Source: Patescibacteria group bacterium
Lineage (GTDB): Bacteria; Patescibacteriota; Minisyncoccia; Phycocordibacterales; Phycocordibacteraceae
Reading direction: 5' to 3'
NCBI GenBank assembly: GCA_040384725.1
Contig: JAZKIS010000004.1
Span: forward strand, 1,256-65,255
Length of the DNA stretch: 64,000 bases
Under the pieces are notes generated by a model. The model searched no databases. It saw nothing but the letters and a program-made list of their open reading frames with translations, and was not told the DNA's origin. The stretch's first letter is position 1. Each line of letters opens with the position of its first letter. Below, piece by piece: positions 28,741 through 37,777 of this stretch. A program made the position numbers and the translations under genes.

Positions 28741-28811
28741 GGGAGATCGTCTAATGGTAGGACAGCGGCCTTTGAAGCCGTGAATCTAGGTTCGATCCCT
28801 AGTCTCCCAGC
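28741..28811 (+). tRNA. tRNA-Gln (anticodon UUG)
   Basis: tgggaga-tc-gtct-aatggtag-ggac-a-gcggc-cTTTGaa-gccgt-gaat-ctagg-ttcgatc-cctag-tctccca-g, with U1-A72 and G73 as in bacterial tRNA-Gln. Confidence 0.85.
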
Positions 28812-28823
28812 TATACTGAATAT

Positions 28824-29195
28824 ATGAAGCCAACAAGCGAAAAAACTCTCAAGCGCGTATACGCTATGGTCTTTGCAAAAGTCTATCCGATGTATATCGC
28901 TAAGGCAGAAAAGAAGGGTCGCACCAAAGAAGAGGTTGATGAAGTCATCCGATGGTTAACCGGATACACGCAAAGCAAGCTGAAAGCACAGATTGAGAAG
29001 GAAGTGAACTTTGAGGTTTTCTTCAAGACGGCTCCGAAGCTCAACCCTTCACGTAAACTTATTACTGGCATGATCTGCGGCGTGCGGGTGGAGGATATTG
29101 AGGATCCGATCATGCGTGAGATGCGCTATCTGGACAAGCTTGTCGATGAGCTAGCGAAAGGAAGACCAATGGAGAAGATTAAACGACACGTATAA
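28824..29195 (+). CDS. DUF2200-like protein
   Basis: 123 aa; [29 protein letters not shown] resembles the DUF2200 family; TATACT 6 nt upstream. Confidence 0.55.
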   Translation: MKPTSEKTLKRVYAMVFAKVYPMYIAKAEKKGRTKEEVDEVIRWLTGYTQSKLKAQIEKEVNFEVFFKTAPKLNPSRKLITGMICGVRVEDIEDPIMREMRYLDKLVDELAKGRPMEKIKRHV

Positions 29196-29215
29196 TTCCC
29201 CGGTATACTAGATAT

Positions 29216-29428
29216 ATGAAAATATTTGATTTTTTTCGTACTAAAGAAGAAGAGAAACGGGATACCTCGGGAGACTCGACTGGGGGTTTAGTGACGACAA
29301 GCGCAACAATCGATTCAGAAGACCAACAAGGCGTAGACCAGTCAGCTGGTACGGGTTGGTTTGATTCGTTTATGGGAGGGGACGGTAGTGGCGATGGCGG
29401 AGGAGGAGATGGAGGTGGAGCAGGATAA
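29216..29428 (+). CDS. small hypothetical protein with Gly/Asp-rich C-terminus
   Basis: 70 aa; TATACT upstream; low-complexity GGDGSGDGGGGDGGGAG tail. Confidence 0.4.
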   Translation: MKIFDFFRTKEEEKRDTSGDSTGGLVTTSATIDSEDQQGVDQSAGTGWFDSFMGGDGSGDGGGGDGGGAG

Positions 29429-29496
29429 GTTCGTTACTTCGAGCACGGGCGTCCCAGACTGCCGGCAATTAATCTGCATATGGTATTCTCAAAACC

Positions 29497-30168
29497 ATGA
29501 ATCCAGACGAGTTGAGTCACCAGTACGATTCGATTGCTGATAGCTTTGAAAAAGCTATCGAGGAAGGCAATAAGGCGAGTAAGGATGCAATGCGGGCGCG
29601 CCTGCCAGATATGCATGGCAAGAGTGCGTTGGATATTGGCTGTGGAGAAGGAACTGATGCGGCTTTCTACTTAGAGAGCGGCGCTTCGCGCGTTGCCGGC
29701 CTCGACGCCTCAAAGGAGCTACTTGAGAAGGCGAAGCAGAAGCATCCAGGGATAGATTTTCAGTATGGGCTATTCGAGAAGATCCCATTTGGAGACGGGG
29801 AATTCGATTTCGTATTTTCCAAGTATGCTCTCATGACTTCAGCAGAGCTTGAACCTGCGTTCGTTGAAGTCCAGCGAGTGCTGAAGCCAGGCGGAGTATT
29901 CATGTTCGTCGTTACGCACCCCATTCGTCAGTTTTATGAGAAGAGAAAGGAAGGCAAGGATTACTTCAAGAAAGAGATCGTCGATTCAGTATGCTTCGAC
30001 GGGCTCATAACTTTTAGAGAGCCAACACATACACTCAAGGAGTATCTATCTGAGTACATGCTCTCAAACTTCACTCTTGAAGCCTATGAAGAATGTTTCG
30101 ATCCCGCAGCGGAGAAGATTGTCGATACCTACCCGGGATTCGTTCTGCTTAAGTGGCAGAAGCGATAA
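29497..30168 (+). CDS. class I SAM-dependent methyltransferase
   Basis: ALDIGCGEGTDAAFY motif I and the downstream acidic motif. Confidence 0.8.
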   Translation: MNPDELSHQYDSIADSFEKAIEEGNKASKDAMRARLPDMHGKSALDIGCGEGTDAAFYLESGASRVAGLDASKELLEKAKQKHPGIDFQYGLFEKIPFGDGEFDFVFSKYALMTSAELEPAFVEVQRVLKPGGVFMFVVTHPIRQFYEKRKEGKDYFKKEIVDSVCFDGLITFREPTHTLKEYLSEYMLSNFTLEAYEECFDPAAEKIVDTYPGFVLLKWQKR

Positions 30169-30169
30169 A

Positions 30170-30192
30170 TAGAAAGGTTCCAACATCGTCCC
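30170..30192 (+). repeat. 22-nt intergenic repeat copy 1 (TAGAAAGGTTCCAACATCGTCCC)
   Basis: One of three near-identical copies at gene junctions in this islet. Confidence 0.7.
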
Positions 30193-30213
30193 TGACTTCC
30201 GTCATCAAATATT

Positions 30214-30239
30214 AAGCCCCGCGATTGCTCGCGGGGCTT
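30214..30239. terminator. bidirectional terminator between convergent methyltransferase and GNAT genes
   Basis: aagccccgcga ttgc tcgcggggctt forms an 11-bp stem. Confidence 0.65.
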
Positions 30240-30243
30240 GCAG

Positions 30244-30699
30244 TCAGAACCGATAGCGGTAGACATTCGTTTCTCTCAATACAAAGCCGAGCTCCTTATA
30301 CAGTGCGTTGGCCTTGATCCTGTCAGGACTGCTCGTAAGGTTGCAGGCAGAGAGTCCGCGCTCCTGGGCAAGTTCGAGGATCTTGCGCATGAGATCCAAG
30401 CCAAAGCCTTGGCCTCGATACATCTCATCGACTACGACACTCTCGATAAAGCCGATGGTCTTGTTCAGTAGCGGAGCAAGGACCATTGTGGCAGTCCCGA
30501 CCAGCTTCCCGTCCTCGAATGCACCGAGAACGATAACGTTCGGGGATTGAAGAGAAATCTGTACTCGCTCGCTCTTCAAGGGCGCAGTTCCTGGCGAAAG
30601 TTGCGCGAAGAGTCGAGCAAGATCAGGCATTAGGTCAGCAGCCTGAGATGCCGTTATCTGCTTAATACGTTTTGGCATTACCAGCTCCCATGAGGACAT
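30244..30699 (-). CDS. GNAT family N-acetyltransferase
   Basis: RGQGFGLDLMRKILELAQERGLSAC is the acetyl-CoA binding motif A. Confidence 0.8.
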   Translation of the reverse strand: MSSWELVMPKRIKQITASQAADLMPDLARLFAQLSPGTAPLKSERVQISLQSPNVIVLGAFEDGKLVGTATMVLAPLLNKTIGFIESVVVDEMYRGQGFGLDLMRKILELAQERGLSACNLTSSPDRIKANALYKELGFVLRETNVYRYRF

Positions 30700-30739
30700 C
30701 TAGGGGTACGGCATCAGGGGCAACTTGTGGTGTCTAATA

Positions 30740-30762
30740 TAAGAAAGTTCCAACACCGTCCC
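30740..30762 (+). repeat. 22-nt intergenic repeat copy 2 (TAAGAAAGTTCCAACACCGTCCC)
   Basis: Lies in the divergent region between the GNAT and PNPOx-like genes. Confidence 0.7.
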
Positions 30763-30794
30763 AGACCGCCAATTCAGTTTGCTACACTTCGTAT

Positions 30795-31274
30795 ATGGAT
30801 AACGTGCAAGTCGCCAAGAATATAATTCGAGAAACTATATACGCGGTACTCGGCACTGCTTCCTCTGACGGAATGCCATGGATCTCGCCGGTATTTTTCG
30901 CATACGATGACTCATTCAACATATATTGGGTTTCGAACAAAGACTCCCTCCACTCTCAGCTGCTAAGAGAAAATCCAGAAGTAGCAATAACAATCTTTGA
31001 TTCAAGGGCTGTAGAAGGTGAGGGTGATGCTGTTTATATGCGCGCACGCGTAGAAGAGCTTGCAGAAAAAGAAGATATTGAAAACGGAGTTCGTGTCTTC
31101 AATGCTAGGGCCACCGGTGAAGACTTTAAGATAAAGGAAATCTCTGAAGTTATCGGTGAAGGCGTTTGGCGTATTTATAAAGCTACCTCTTATGAGACAA
31201 CGAAGCTCGGGAAGGGGCAGTTTATACATGGCCAGTATGTGGATATGCGTATACCTATCTCACTTGCGGGATAG
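30795..31274 (+). CDS. pyridoxamine 5'-phosphate oxidase-like FMN-binding protein
   Basis: TIYAVLGTASSDGMPWISPVFFAYDDSFNIYWVS is the split-barrel PNPOx-like pattern. Confidence 0.75.
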   Translation: MDNVQVAKNIIRETIYAVLGTASSDGMPWISPVFFAYDDSFNIYWVSNKDSLHSQLLRENPEVAITIFDSRAVEGEGDAVYMRARVEELAEKEDIENGVRVFNARATGEDFKIKEISEVIGEGVWRIYKATSYETTKLGKGQFIHGQYVDMRIPISLAG

Positions 31275-31293
31275 AAAGCTTCCAACATCGTTC
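31272..31293 (+). repeat. 22-nt intergenic repeat copy 3 (TAGAAAGCTTCCAACATCGTTC)
   Basis: Begins with the TAG stop codon of the PNPOx-like gene. Confidence 0.7.
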
Positions 31294-31315
31294 AGGATGC
31301 CAACAAAAATAGAAC

Positions 31316-31678
31316 CTATTGAAGGCTTACCAACGTAAGAACGGCCACTGTTATTGCACCAAATATCGCGAGCGTTTTTAAGAAGTAAGATACTGCTTCG
31401 ACTCGGCTACCCTCAAGAAGTTTAAGTACCGGTTGATAGAAAAATAGAAACGCCATGACCGCTCCAGAAAAGACAAACAGTGAAATAACACCTATCCCGT
31501 CAAGCAAGGTGTCCGGCGTATCGTGACGGAGCGATTCAATAAAATGCATAAACAGCACTACCAGGCCAATGTAGAGAATGGCAGCGAATGCGTTTAGAAA
31601 GGGATGCCACTTCATATGCTTGGTATAACACCGCATATGCATCTTTGGTTGCTTGTCCTCACAAGGACCAGGAGGCAA
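31316..31678 (-). CDS. small integral membrane protein
   Basis: 120 aa with three predicted TM helices. Confidence 0.55.
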   Translation of the reverse strand: MPPGPCEDKQPKMHMRCYTKHMKWHPFLNAFAAILYIGLVVLFMHFIESLRHDTPDTLLDGIGVISLFVFSGAVMAFLFFYQPVLKLLEGSRVEAVSYFLKTLAIFGAITVAVLTLVSLQ

Positions 31679-31697
31679 TAGGGTATAGTTTAAATAT

Positions 31698-32036
31698 ATG
31701 AAATTCTTTGTTACCTACCAAATGGCCCATACAGGCCTCGACGAGTGGATGAAATTGCCAGAAGACGAGCGCAAAGCTCATGAAGTGCAGATGCAGTCCG
31801 ACTGGAATGCGTGGATGGAAGCCCATAAGGCATCTATTACGGAAAGCGCAGGCGTCGGGAAGCCCAAGCGCATCACGGTCTCAGGAGTCGAAGACTCTCG
31901 TAACGACATAATGATGTATTCGTTCGTCGAGGCGGAGTCGCTCGAGGCTGCGGCAGAACTCTTCAAGGACCACCCGCATTTCGGCATCCCTGGCGGATGG
32001 ATCGAGGTTATGTCCGTAAACAAGGCTATTAGTTAG
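31698..32036 (+). CDS. hypothetical protein
   Basis: 112 aa; TATAGT upstream; no confident family assignment. Confidence 0.5.
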   Translation: MKFFVTYQMAHTGLDEWMKLPEDERKAHEVQMQSDWNAWMEAHKASITESAGVGKPKRITVSGVEDSRNDIMMYSFVEAESLEAAAELFKDHPHFGIPGGWIEVMSVNKAIS

Positions 32037-32169
32037 CCAAGAGCGTCGCTTGTTATCGCAAGCCGCCAGCATTATGTGCTGGCGGCTTGCTTGTTGCTCT
32101 GGAAAGACCCTATATTTGTCATTCATATTTTCTATGATATAATCATCCCACTACTCCTAGACATCTCTC

Positions 32170-32652
32170 ATGAACGATTTTAAGAAAAATAGATTCAGCA
32201 AAGACAGTAAGCCGGGCGGCTTCTCTCGTCCGAGCTTCGGCGGCGCATCGCGTCGTCCTCAGGCACGCGCCTTCGGCGAGCAGACCGAGACGTTCAAGAC
32301 GTCCTGCAGCAAGTGCCACGCTGCGTGCGAGGTCCCGTTTCGTCCAAACGGAAAAAAGCCGGTCTTCTGCAAGAACTGCTTCGTCCGTGACGATGTGCGC
32401 CCAACCGGCAACTCATACGAGAAGCGCAGCTACAACACGGAGCGCCCGGCACCGCAGCCTATCCAGCAGGAGGATCCTCGCATAGGCGCTATGCAGAAGG
32501 AGCTCGGCGTCATACATGCGAAGCTCGACGCGCTCATGAAGAGCCTCGAAGGTTCCGCATACGACTCCATCCTAACGGCCTCGAAGGAGCGCGCGGAAAA
32601 GCCTAAGAAAGCGGCTCCTGCAAAGAAGGTGGCCAAGAAAAAGGCAGCGTAA
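32170..32652 (+). CDS. zinc-ribbon (CxxC...CxxC) protein with basic tails
   Basis: CSKCHAACEVPFRPNGKKPVFCKNCF plus a KK-rich C-terminus. Confidence 0.55.
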   Translation: MNDFKKNRFSKDSKPGGFSRPSFGGASRRPQARAFGEQTETFKTSCSKCHAACEVPFRPNGKKPVFCKNCFVRDDVRPTGNSYEKRSYNTERPAPQPIQQEDPRIGAMQKELGVIHAKLDALMKSLEGSAYDSILTASKERAEKPKKAAPAKKVAKKKAA

Positions 32653-32664
32653 GCGAAATAATCA

Positions 32665-32692
32665 AAAAGCGGCACATAGTGCCGCTTTTTGC
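32665..32692 (+). terminator. rho-independent terminator
   Basis: aaaagcggcac ata gtgccgcttttt. Confidence 0.75.
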
Positions 32693-32743
32693 GTATCCCT
32701 GCTTCATCAATTCGATAGACGCATTCCGTACCCTTAGATAGGT

Positions 32744-34012
32744 ATGGCAACACGCGAAGAACTCTGGGACATCGGCATGCGCGCGATACGCGAGCTCGAG
32801 GTTGATCGCGGCCTCCTCGCATCCGGACGAGAGGAGCTCTATGGCTGCGTCTTCGGGCGTGACTCGCTTATAACGAGCCTCCTGCTGCTTCGTGTCTATG
32901 AGAAGACCCAGGATGCGTATCTCCTGGCACTCGTGCGCAAGGTCTTGGTCAATCTCGCGAAACTGCAGGGACGCGAGACGAACATCGAGAGCGGCGAAGA
33001 GCCGGGAAAGATCATTCATGAATTCCGGCCGGACAATCACGAGCGGCTGACGAAGGATCTGGAGCACCCGTGGTATCTCTATCCGGACGGTGTCATGCGC
33101 AACTACGACAGCGTGGACGCGACGCCACTCTTCTTGATTACGATCGAGCGGTATTACCGCCTGAGTAACGACGAGGGCATCCTCGATCTCCTGAAGGGGA
33201 ACGTGAGCGACGCGCTCGCGTGGCTCCTGCAATCGCTCGAGGAGAACCAGGACGGCTTCGTGGGATATCAGGTGCATCCGGAACGCACGTTCGGCGGACT
33301 GCGTGTCCAGAGCTGGATGGATAGCAGCGGGTCGCTCTTCTTTGAGGATCGGGATGAAGAGCCTGCATACTCTATCGCCCCGGTTGAAGTGCAGGCCTAT
33401 GCGTATCGCGCGCTCTCAGTGTGGCATCTCCTGTTGCAGGAAGACGAGCCTGATCTCGCAGAGCTCCTCCTGTCTCGGGCGCGCGATCTGCGCGAGCGTT
33501 TCTATGAGCACTTCATGCTTCCGAACGGTACGCCCGCGTTCGCGCTCGACGGACAGAGCCGCATGCTTCCGTCGGTACGCTCAACTATGGGTCACTGCCT
33601 GTGGATGGGTGCGCGTGACGAAGGAGTGTATTACTCGCTCTTCGCGCCGGAAGACGTTGGGCGAGTTGTCACAAGGCTCATGCAGCCGGACTTGTTCGTA
33701 CCCGAGGCCGGCATACGGACCCTGAGCGAGAAGTCCTCGCACTTCAACGCGAATAGTTATCACAACGGCTCCATATGGCCTCACGATACGGCACTTATCG
33801 CGCTCGGTATGCGTGATGCGGGGTTTGAGAAAGAGGCGAGTGAAGTACGTGACGCGATTCTGAACGCCTATGCGGTCTTCGAAGTCCCGCTTGAGCTCTT
33901 CGTGCATGACGGAGGTCTCAAAGACTATAAAAGCGGCACCGGACAAGGCGCATGCCAGACGCAGGCGTGGAGCGCTGCAGGGCTCCTCGCGATCCTCGCT
34001 GAGGAGTTCTAA
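32744..34012 (+). CDS. glycoside hydrolase, (alpha/alpha)6-barrel, glycogen-debranching (GDE_C)-like
   Basis: ELYGCVFGRDSLIT motif and overall similarity to amylo-alpha-1,6-glucosidase-type proteins. Confidence 0.55.
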   Translation: MATREELWDIGMRAIRELEVDRGLLASGREELYGCVFGRDSLITSLLLLRVYEKTQDAYLLALVRKVLVNLAKLQGRETNIESGEEPGKIIHEFRPDNHERLTKDLEHPWYLYPDGVMRNYDSVDATPLFLITIERYYRLSNDEGILDLLKGNVSDALAWLLQSLEENQDGFVGYQVHPERTFGGLRVQSWMDSSGSLFFEDRDEEPAYSIAPVEVQAYAYRALSVWHLLLQEDEPDLAELLLSRARDLRERFYEHFMLPNGTPAFALDGQSRMLPSVRSTMGHCLWMGARDEGVYYSLFAPEDVGRVVTRLMQPDLFVPEAGIRTLSEKSSHFNANSYHNGSIWPHDTALIALGMRDAGFEKEASEVRDAILNAYAVFEVPLELFVHDGGLKDYKSGTGQGACQTQAWSAAGLLAILAEEF

Positions 34013-34047
34013 TTGTCCTAACGCATAGGTCGGGGTACTGTGGCTCT

Positions 34048-34392
34048 ATGAACGTGCATCATCGCATCAACTACATCGAATTCTCTGCAGAAGACTTGAC
34101 GTCCGTGAAGGATTTCTACGGACTTGTATTCGGCTGGAAGTTTACAGACTACGGTCCTGAGTACGCAGCCTTCACGGACGGGAACCTCGAAGGAGGATTC
34201 GAGAAAGGTGCCGCTCGACCGAAGAATGGCGCCCTGGTTATTCTCTACTCAGAGAATCTTATGGAGACGCTCGCAAAAGTAGAAGAGGCAGGAGGGACCA
34301 TAACGAAGCCCATATTTGATTTCCCTGGAGGGAAGCGTTTCCATTTTATCGATACGGCTGGCAATGAGCTCGCTGTCTGGTCCGATGCCTAA
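34048..34392 (+). CDS. VOC/glyoxalase family protein
   Basis: 114 aa with a glyoxalase-like fold pattern (HRINYIEFSAEDL...GGFEKG). Confidence 0.6.
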   Translation: MNVHHRINYIEFSAEDLTSVKDFYGLVFGWKFTDYGPEYAAFTDGNLEGGFEKGAARPKNGALVILYSENLMETLAKVEEAGGTITKPIFDFPGGKRFHFIDTAGNELAVWSDA

Positions 34393-35632
34393 GAACGCTG
34401 ATACGTACGACGTCATTGTCGTCGGGGGAGGCGCTGCGGGCATGATGGCGGCGGGAGTTGCTGCTGCAAACAGTAAGCGCGTCTTACTCATCGAGAAGAA
34501 TCGGAAGCTCGGAGAGAAGCTTTCTATAACCGGCGGCGGACGTTGTAATATCGCGAATGCGGAAGAAGACGAGCGCAAGCTCCTTTCTAACTTCGGCTCG
34601 GCAAGCAACTTCCTGCACTCGCCGTTCTCTCAGTTTGGCGTTGCCGAGACTTTCAGGTTCTTCGAGTCGATCGGGACACCTACGGTTGTCGAAGCGAGGA
34701 ATCGTGCGTTCCCGTGGTCTAAGAGCGCCCCTGAGGTAACGGCAGCACTTTTCAAGTACGTGAAAGCGCAGGGTGTCGATATTAAGATCGGCCTTCCAGT
34801 TGCGCGGGTGCAGGCACATGGCGGAAAGATAAGTCATGTACTCATGGGCGGTAAGGAGTACACCGCCGACTCCTATATCTTCGCAACGGGCGGCGTCTCG
34901 CATCCGGAGACCGGTTCAACAGGCGACGGGTTCCGCTGGCTCGCTGAGCTCGGCCACTCGGTTGAGAACCCGACGCCCACCATCGTGCCGCTTCGCGTGA
35001 AGGAAGCCTGGAGCAAGTCGCTCGCTGGCATCACGATCAAGGACATGAAGATGACCGTCTTCGTAGACGGGGTTAAGAAGCAGGTACTCAAAGGTGATGT
35101 GCTGCTGACACACTTCGGAATCTCGGGACCGCTCATACTGAACGCTGCCGGAAAGATCGCGGACCTCATGCAGGAAGGAGAAGTAACGGCACACATCGAT
35201 GCGTATCCGCTCAAAGACCTCGGCATACTCGATAAGCACATCGCATCGGTATTCAATGAGAACAAGAACAAGGAGCTGCAGAACGTATTCCGTTCGATCG
35301 CGCCTATGGGCACGAGCGATGCGCTCCTGTCGCTTGTCCCGAACATCGACCGCGACAAGCGCGTGCACAGCGTGACCAAGGAAGAGCGCCGAAGGCTCGC
35401 TGAGCTCCTTAAGGCGCTCCCGCTCACCATTACTGGCCTCATGGGACTCGACCGAGCGGTTGTCGCTGACGGAGGCGTCGCGCTCACCGAGATCGATACG
35501 AAGACCATGCGTTCCAAGGTATGCGAGAATCTCTTCGTTATCGGGGATCTTTTGAACATAAAGCGCCCTACGGGCGGCTACTCCCTGCAGCTCTGCTGGA
35601 CCACCGGGTATGTCGCAGGAAAGAACGCCTAA
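34385..35632 (+). CDS. HI0933/BaiN-like FAD-dependent flavoprotein
   Basis: YDVIVVGGGAAGMMAAG dinucleotide fold; GGGRCNIAN motif. Confidence 0.8.
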   Translation: MPKNADTYDVIVVGGGAAGMMAAGVAAANSKRVLLIEKNRKLGEKLSITGGGRCNIANAEEDERKLLSNFGSASNFLHSPFSQFGVAETFRFFESIGTPTVVEARNRAFPWSKSAPEVTAALFKYVKAQGVDIKIGLPVARVQAHGGKISHVLMGGKEYTADSYIFATGGVSHPETGSTGDGFRWLAELGHSVENPTPTIVPLRVKEAWSKSLAGITIKDMKMTVFVDGVKKQVLKGDVLLTHFGISGPLILNAAGKIADLMQEGEVTAHIDAYPLKDLGILDKHIASVFNENKNKELQNVFRSIAPMGTSDALLSLVPNIDRDKRVHSVTKEERRRLAELLKALPLTITGLMGLDRAVVADGGVALTEIDTKTMRSKVCENLFVIGDLLNIKRPTGGYSLQLCWTTGYVAGKNA

Positions 35633-35641
35633 CATCTATCT

Positions 35642-36190
35642 ATGAAAAAAGTACTACTTATCGTTGTTCTCGCTATCGGAATCCTGGTTGCGCTTTTCTT
35701 CGCGCTTAACGCCTACATCTATAGCGAAAAGCAGGGGGACGGACTCCCGCAAGACTTCAAAGAAGTTACGTTTACGATATCGGGCGAACCGGTCTCGCTT
35801 AAAGACGGAGTTGCACAGGCCCGAACGAATCTCGGGGGAGATGCACTTACAACGATCACCTACTTCGGCAACGAGATAGCGCATGACGTTGATGGGGACG
35901 GTATAGAGGATATGGTGTTCCTCATAACGCAGGAGACCAAAGCAGGGAACGAGTACTTCTATCTTGCCGCCGCCCTTAAGAGAGACGACGGATACGTAGG
36001 CTCTCAGGCAGTCTTGATTGGAGACCGCATTAAGCCGCAATCCACCGACAAGGGCGAGGGACGAAGCGTAATTGTGAACTATGTCGAGGCAGCACGGCCA
36101 GAGACGGGCAGGAGCCTCCATCTGTTGCTCGACGTAGATACTCTTGAGTTCGGCGAGCTCGTCCAGGATTTCGAAGGCGAGAGCCGGTAG
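35642..36190 (+). CDS. secreted hypothetical protein
   Basis: Signal peptide/TM followed by a 160-aa domain. Confidence 0.5.
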   Translation: MKKVLLIVVLAIGILVALFFALNAYIYSEKQGDGLPQDFKEVTFTISGEPVSLKDGVAQARTNLGGDALTTITYFGNEIAHDVDGDGIEDMVFLITQETKAGNEYFYLAAALKRDDGYVGSQAVLIGDRIKPQSTDKGEGRSVIVNYVEAARPETGRSLHLLLDVDTLEFGELVQDFEGESR

Positions 36191-36232
36191 GCGCTTATCA
36201 ATACGACACAAATAGTGTAGGATAGGAAGACT

Positions 36233-37720
36233 ATGGCACCGAATGCCCCCGTAAAGCCGAGCAATGGACCGCAGGAAGCGGTCTTGCGCTTTGAGGATGT
36301 CTCGTTCAATTACGGGCATAACTACCCGATCGTCACGGAAGTGAACTTCTCTTTGAGGAAGGGCATGAAGGTTACGCTCATGGGTCAGAACGGGGCTGGG
36401 AAGTCGACTATCTTCAAGATGATCGAAGGGTCGCTGAAGCCCGAGATCGGGAAGATCCAGATACCGCGCGGACTCACCATCGCGCTCTCGCACCAGGTGA
36501 TCCTGCCGGAAGACCGCGACCTTACGATCCGGGAGTTCTTCGAGAAGCGCTTCGCGGAGAAGGTCTATGACATCGACCCTAAGATCGACGAGGTACTCGA
36601 GGTGGTGAACCTGCATGCGCCGCATGACCGCATCATAAAGACGTTCTCAGGCGGCCAGCAGGCACGTCTCCTCTTAGCGTCCGCTCTTATTCAGGACCCG
36701 GATATCCTGCTGCTCGACGAGCCTACGAACAATCTCGATACCTCGGGCATCGAGCACCTCACGAAGTTTCTTTTGACCTACGAGAAGACCGTGCTCGTTA
36801 TCTCCCACGATGCGGAGTTCTTGAACACGTTCTCGAACGGCGTCTTGTACCTCGACGTGCATACGAAGAAGGTCGAGCAGTACGTCGGCAACTACTACGA
36901 CCTCTTGAATGAGATCTCTGCCCGTATCGAGCGCGAGAACCGCAAGAACGCGCAGCTCGAGAAGAAGATCCAGGACAACAAGGACAAGGCGAACTTCTTC
37001 GCACAGAAGGGAGGCAAGATGCGCGTCGTTGCGAAGAAGATGCGTGACGAGATCGAGGAGATGGAGGAATCCAAGGTGGATGTCCGTAAGGAAGACAAGA
37101 CCATCCGCTCGTTCGTGATCCCTGTCCAGGAAGACGTCATCGGCGAGATCCTCACCATCAACTCTCTTTCCATAATCGACCCGAAGACGCATCAGCCGAA
37201 AGAGAAGAAGGCATCTATCGTTATGAAGAAGAAACAGCATCTTCTCTTGAAGGGTCCGAACGGCATCGGCAAGACCACCTTGCTCGAGTCCATGGCAAAC
37301 GGCACGGCGAAGGGCGCAACTATTGCTAAGCACGTGAAGGTCGGCTACTACCGCCAGGACTTCTCAACGCTGAACTTCGAGCACACGGTACGCGAATCCC
37401 TGCTTCAGGCGATGGATAAGCCGAACGAGGAGCAGATGCGCAAGGTAGCGGCCAGCTTCATCATCACGAGCGACTCCATCGGCAAGAAGATCGGTGCCTT
37501 GTCCGAGGGGCAGAAGGGTCTCGTAGCGTTCGCGCGCTTGGTGCTCATGCAGCCAGGCCTCCTTATCCTCGACGAGCCGACGAACCACATAAACTTCCGC
37601 CATATCCCCGTGATCGCGAAAGCGCTCGACCAGTACGAAGGCGCAATGGTGCTCGTCTCCCACGTGCCTGAGTTCGTCGAAAAGATCCGTATCGACGAGA
37701 CGCTCGACCTCGCGAAATAG
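36233..37720 (+). CDS. ABC-F family ATPase (two ABC cassettes, no TMD)
   Basis: Two Walker A motifs (GQNGAGKST; GPNGIGKTT), two LSGGQ-type signatures, and an inter-domain charged linker. Confidence 0.85.
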   Translation: MAPNAPVKPSNGPQEAVLRFEDVSFNYGHNYPIVTEVNFSLRKGMKVTLMGQNGAGKSTIFKMIEGSLKPEIGKIQIPRGLTIALSHQVILPEDRDLTIREFFEKRFAEKVYDIDPKIDEVLEVVNLHAPHDRIIKTFSGGQQARLLLASALIQDPDILLLDEPTNNLDTSGIEHLTKFLLTYEKTVLVISHDAEFLNTFSNGVLYLDVHTKKVEQYVGNYYDLLNEISARIERENRKNAQLEKKIQDNKDKANFFAQKGGKMRVVAKKMRDEIEEMEESKVDVRKEDKTIRSFVIPVQEDVIGEILTINSLSIIDPKTHQPKEKKASIVMKKKQHLLLKGPNGIGKTTLLESMANGTAKGATIAKHVKVGYYRQDFSTLNFEHTVRESLLQAMDKPNEEQMRKVAASFIITSDSIGKKIGALSEGQKGLVAFARLVLMQPGLLILDEPTNHINFRHIPVIAKALDQYEGAMVLVSHVPEFVEKIRIDETLDLAK

Positions 37721-37728
37721 CATTGCCT

Positions 37729-37766
37729 AAAAGAAAAACCCGCTAGGTCCGAGAGGACCTAGCGGG
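37729..37766 (-). terminator. terminator for minus-strand gene 37778-38599
   Basis: cccgctaggtcc gaga ggacctagcggg with a T-run on the minus strand (plus-strand aaaagaaaaa). Confidence 0.65.
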
Positions 37767-37777
37767 CAGTGCTGCTG

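Noticed and set aside
30170-31293. Interpretation of the three 22-nt repeats as integron attC sites.
   Set aside because: No GTTRRRY/RYYYAAC core pair and no imperfect-palindrome structure. No intI gene is present in the window.
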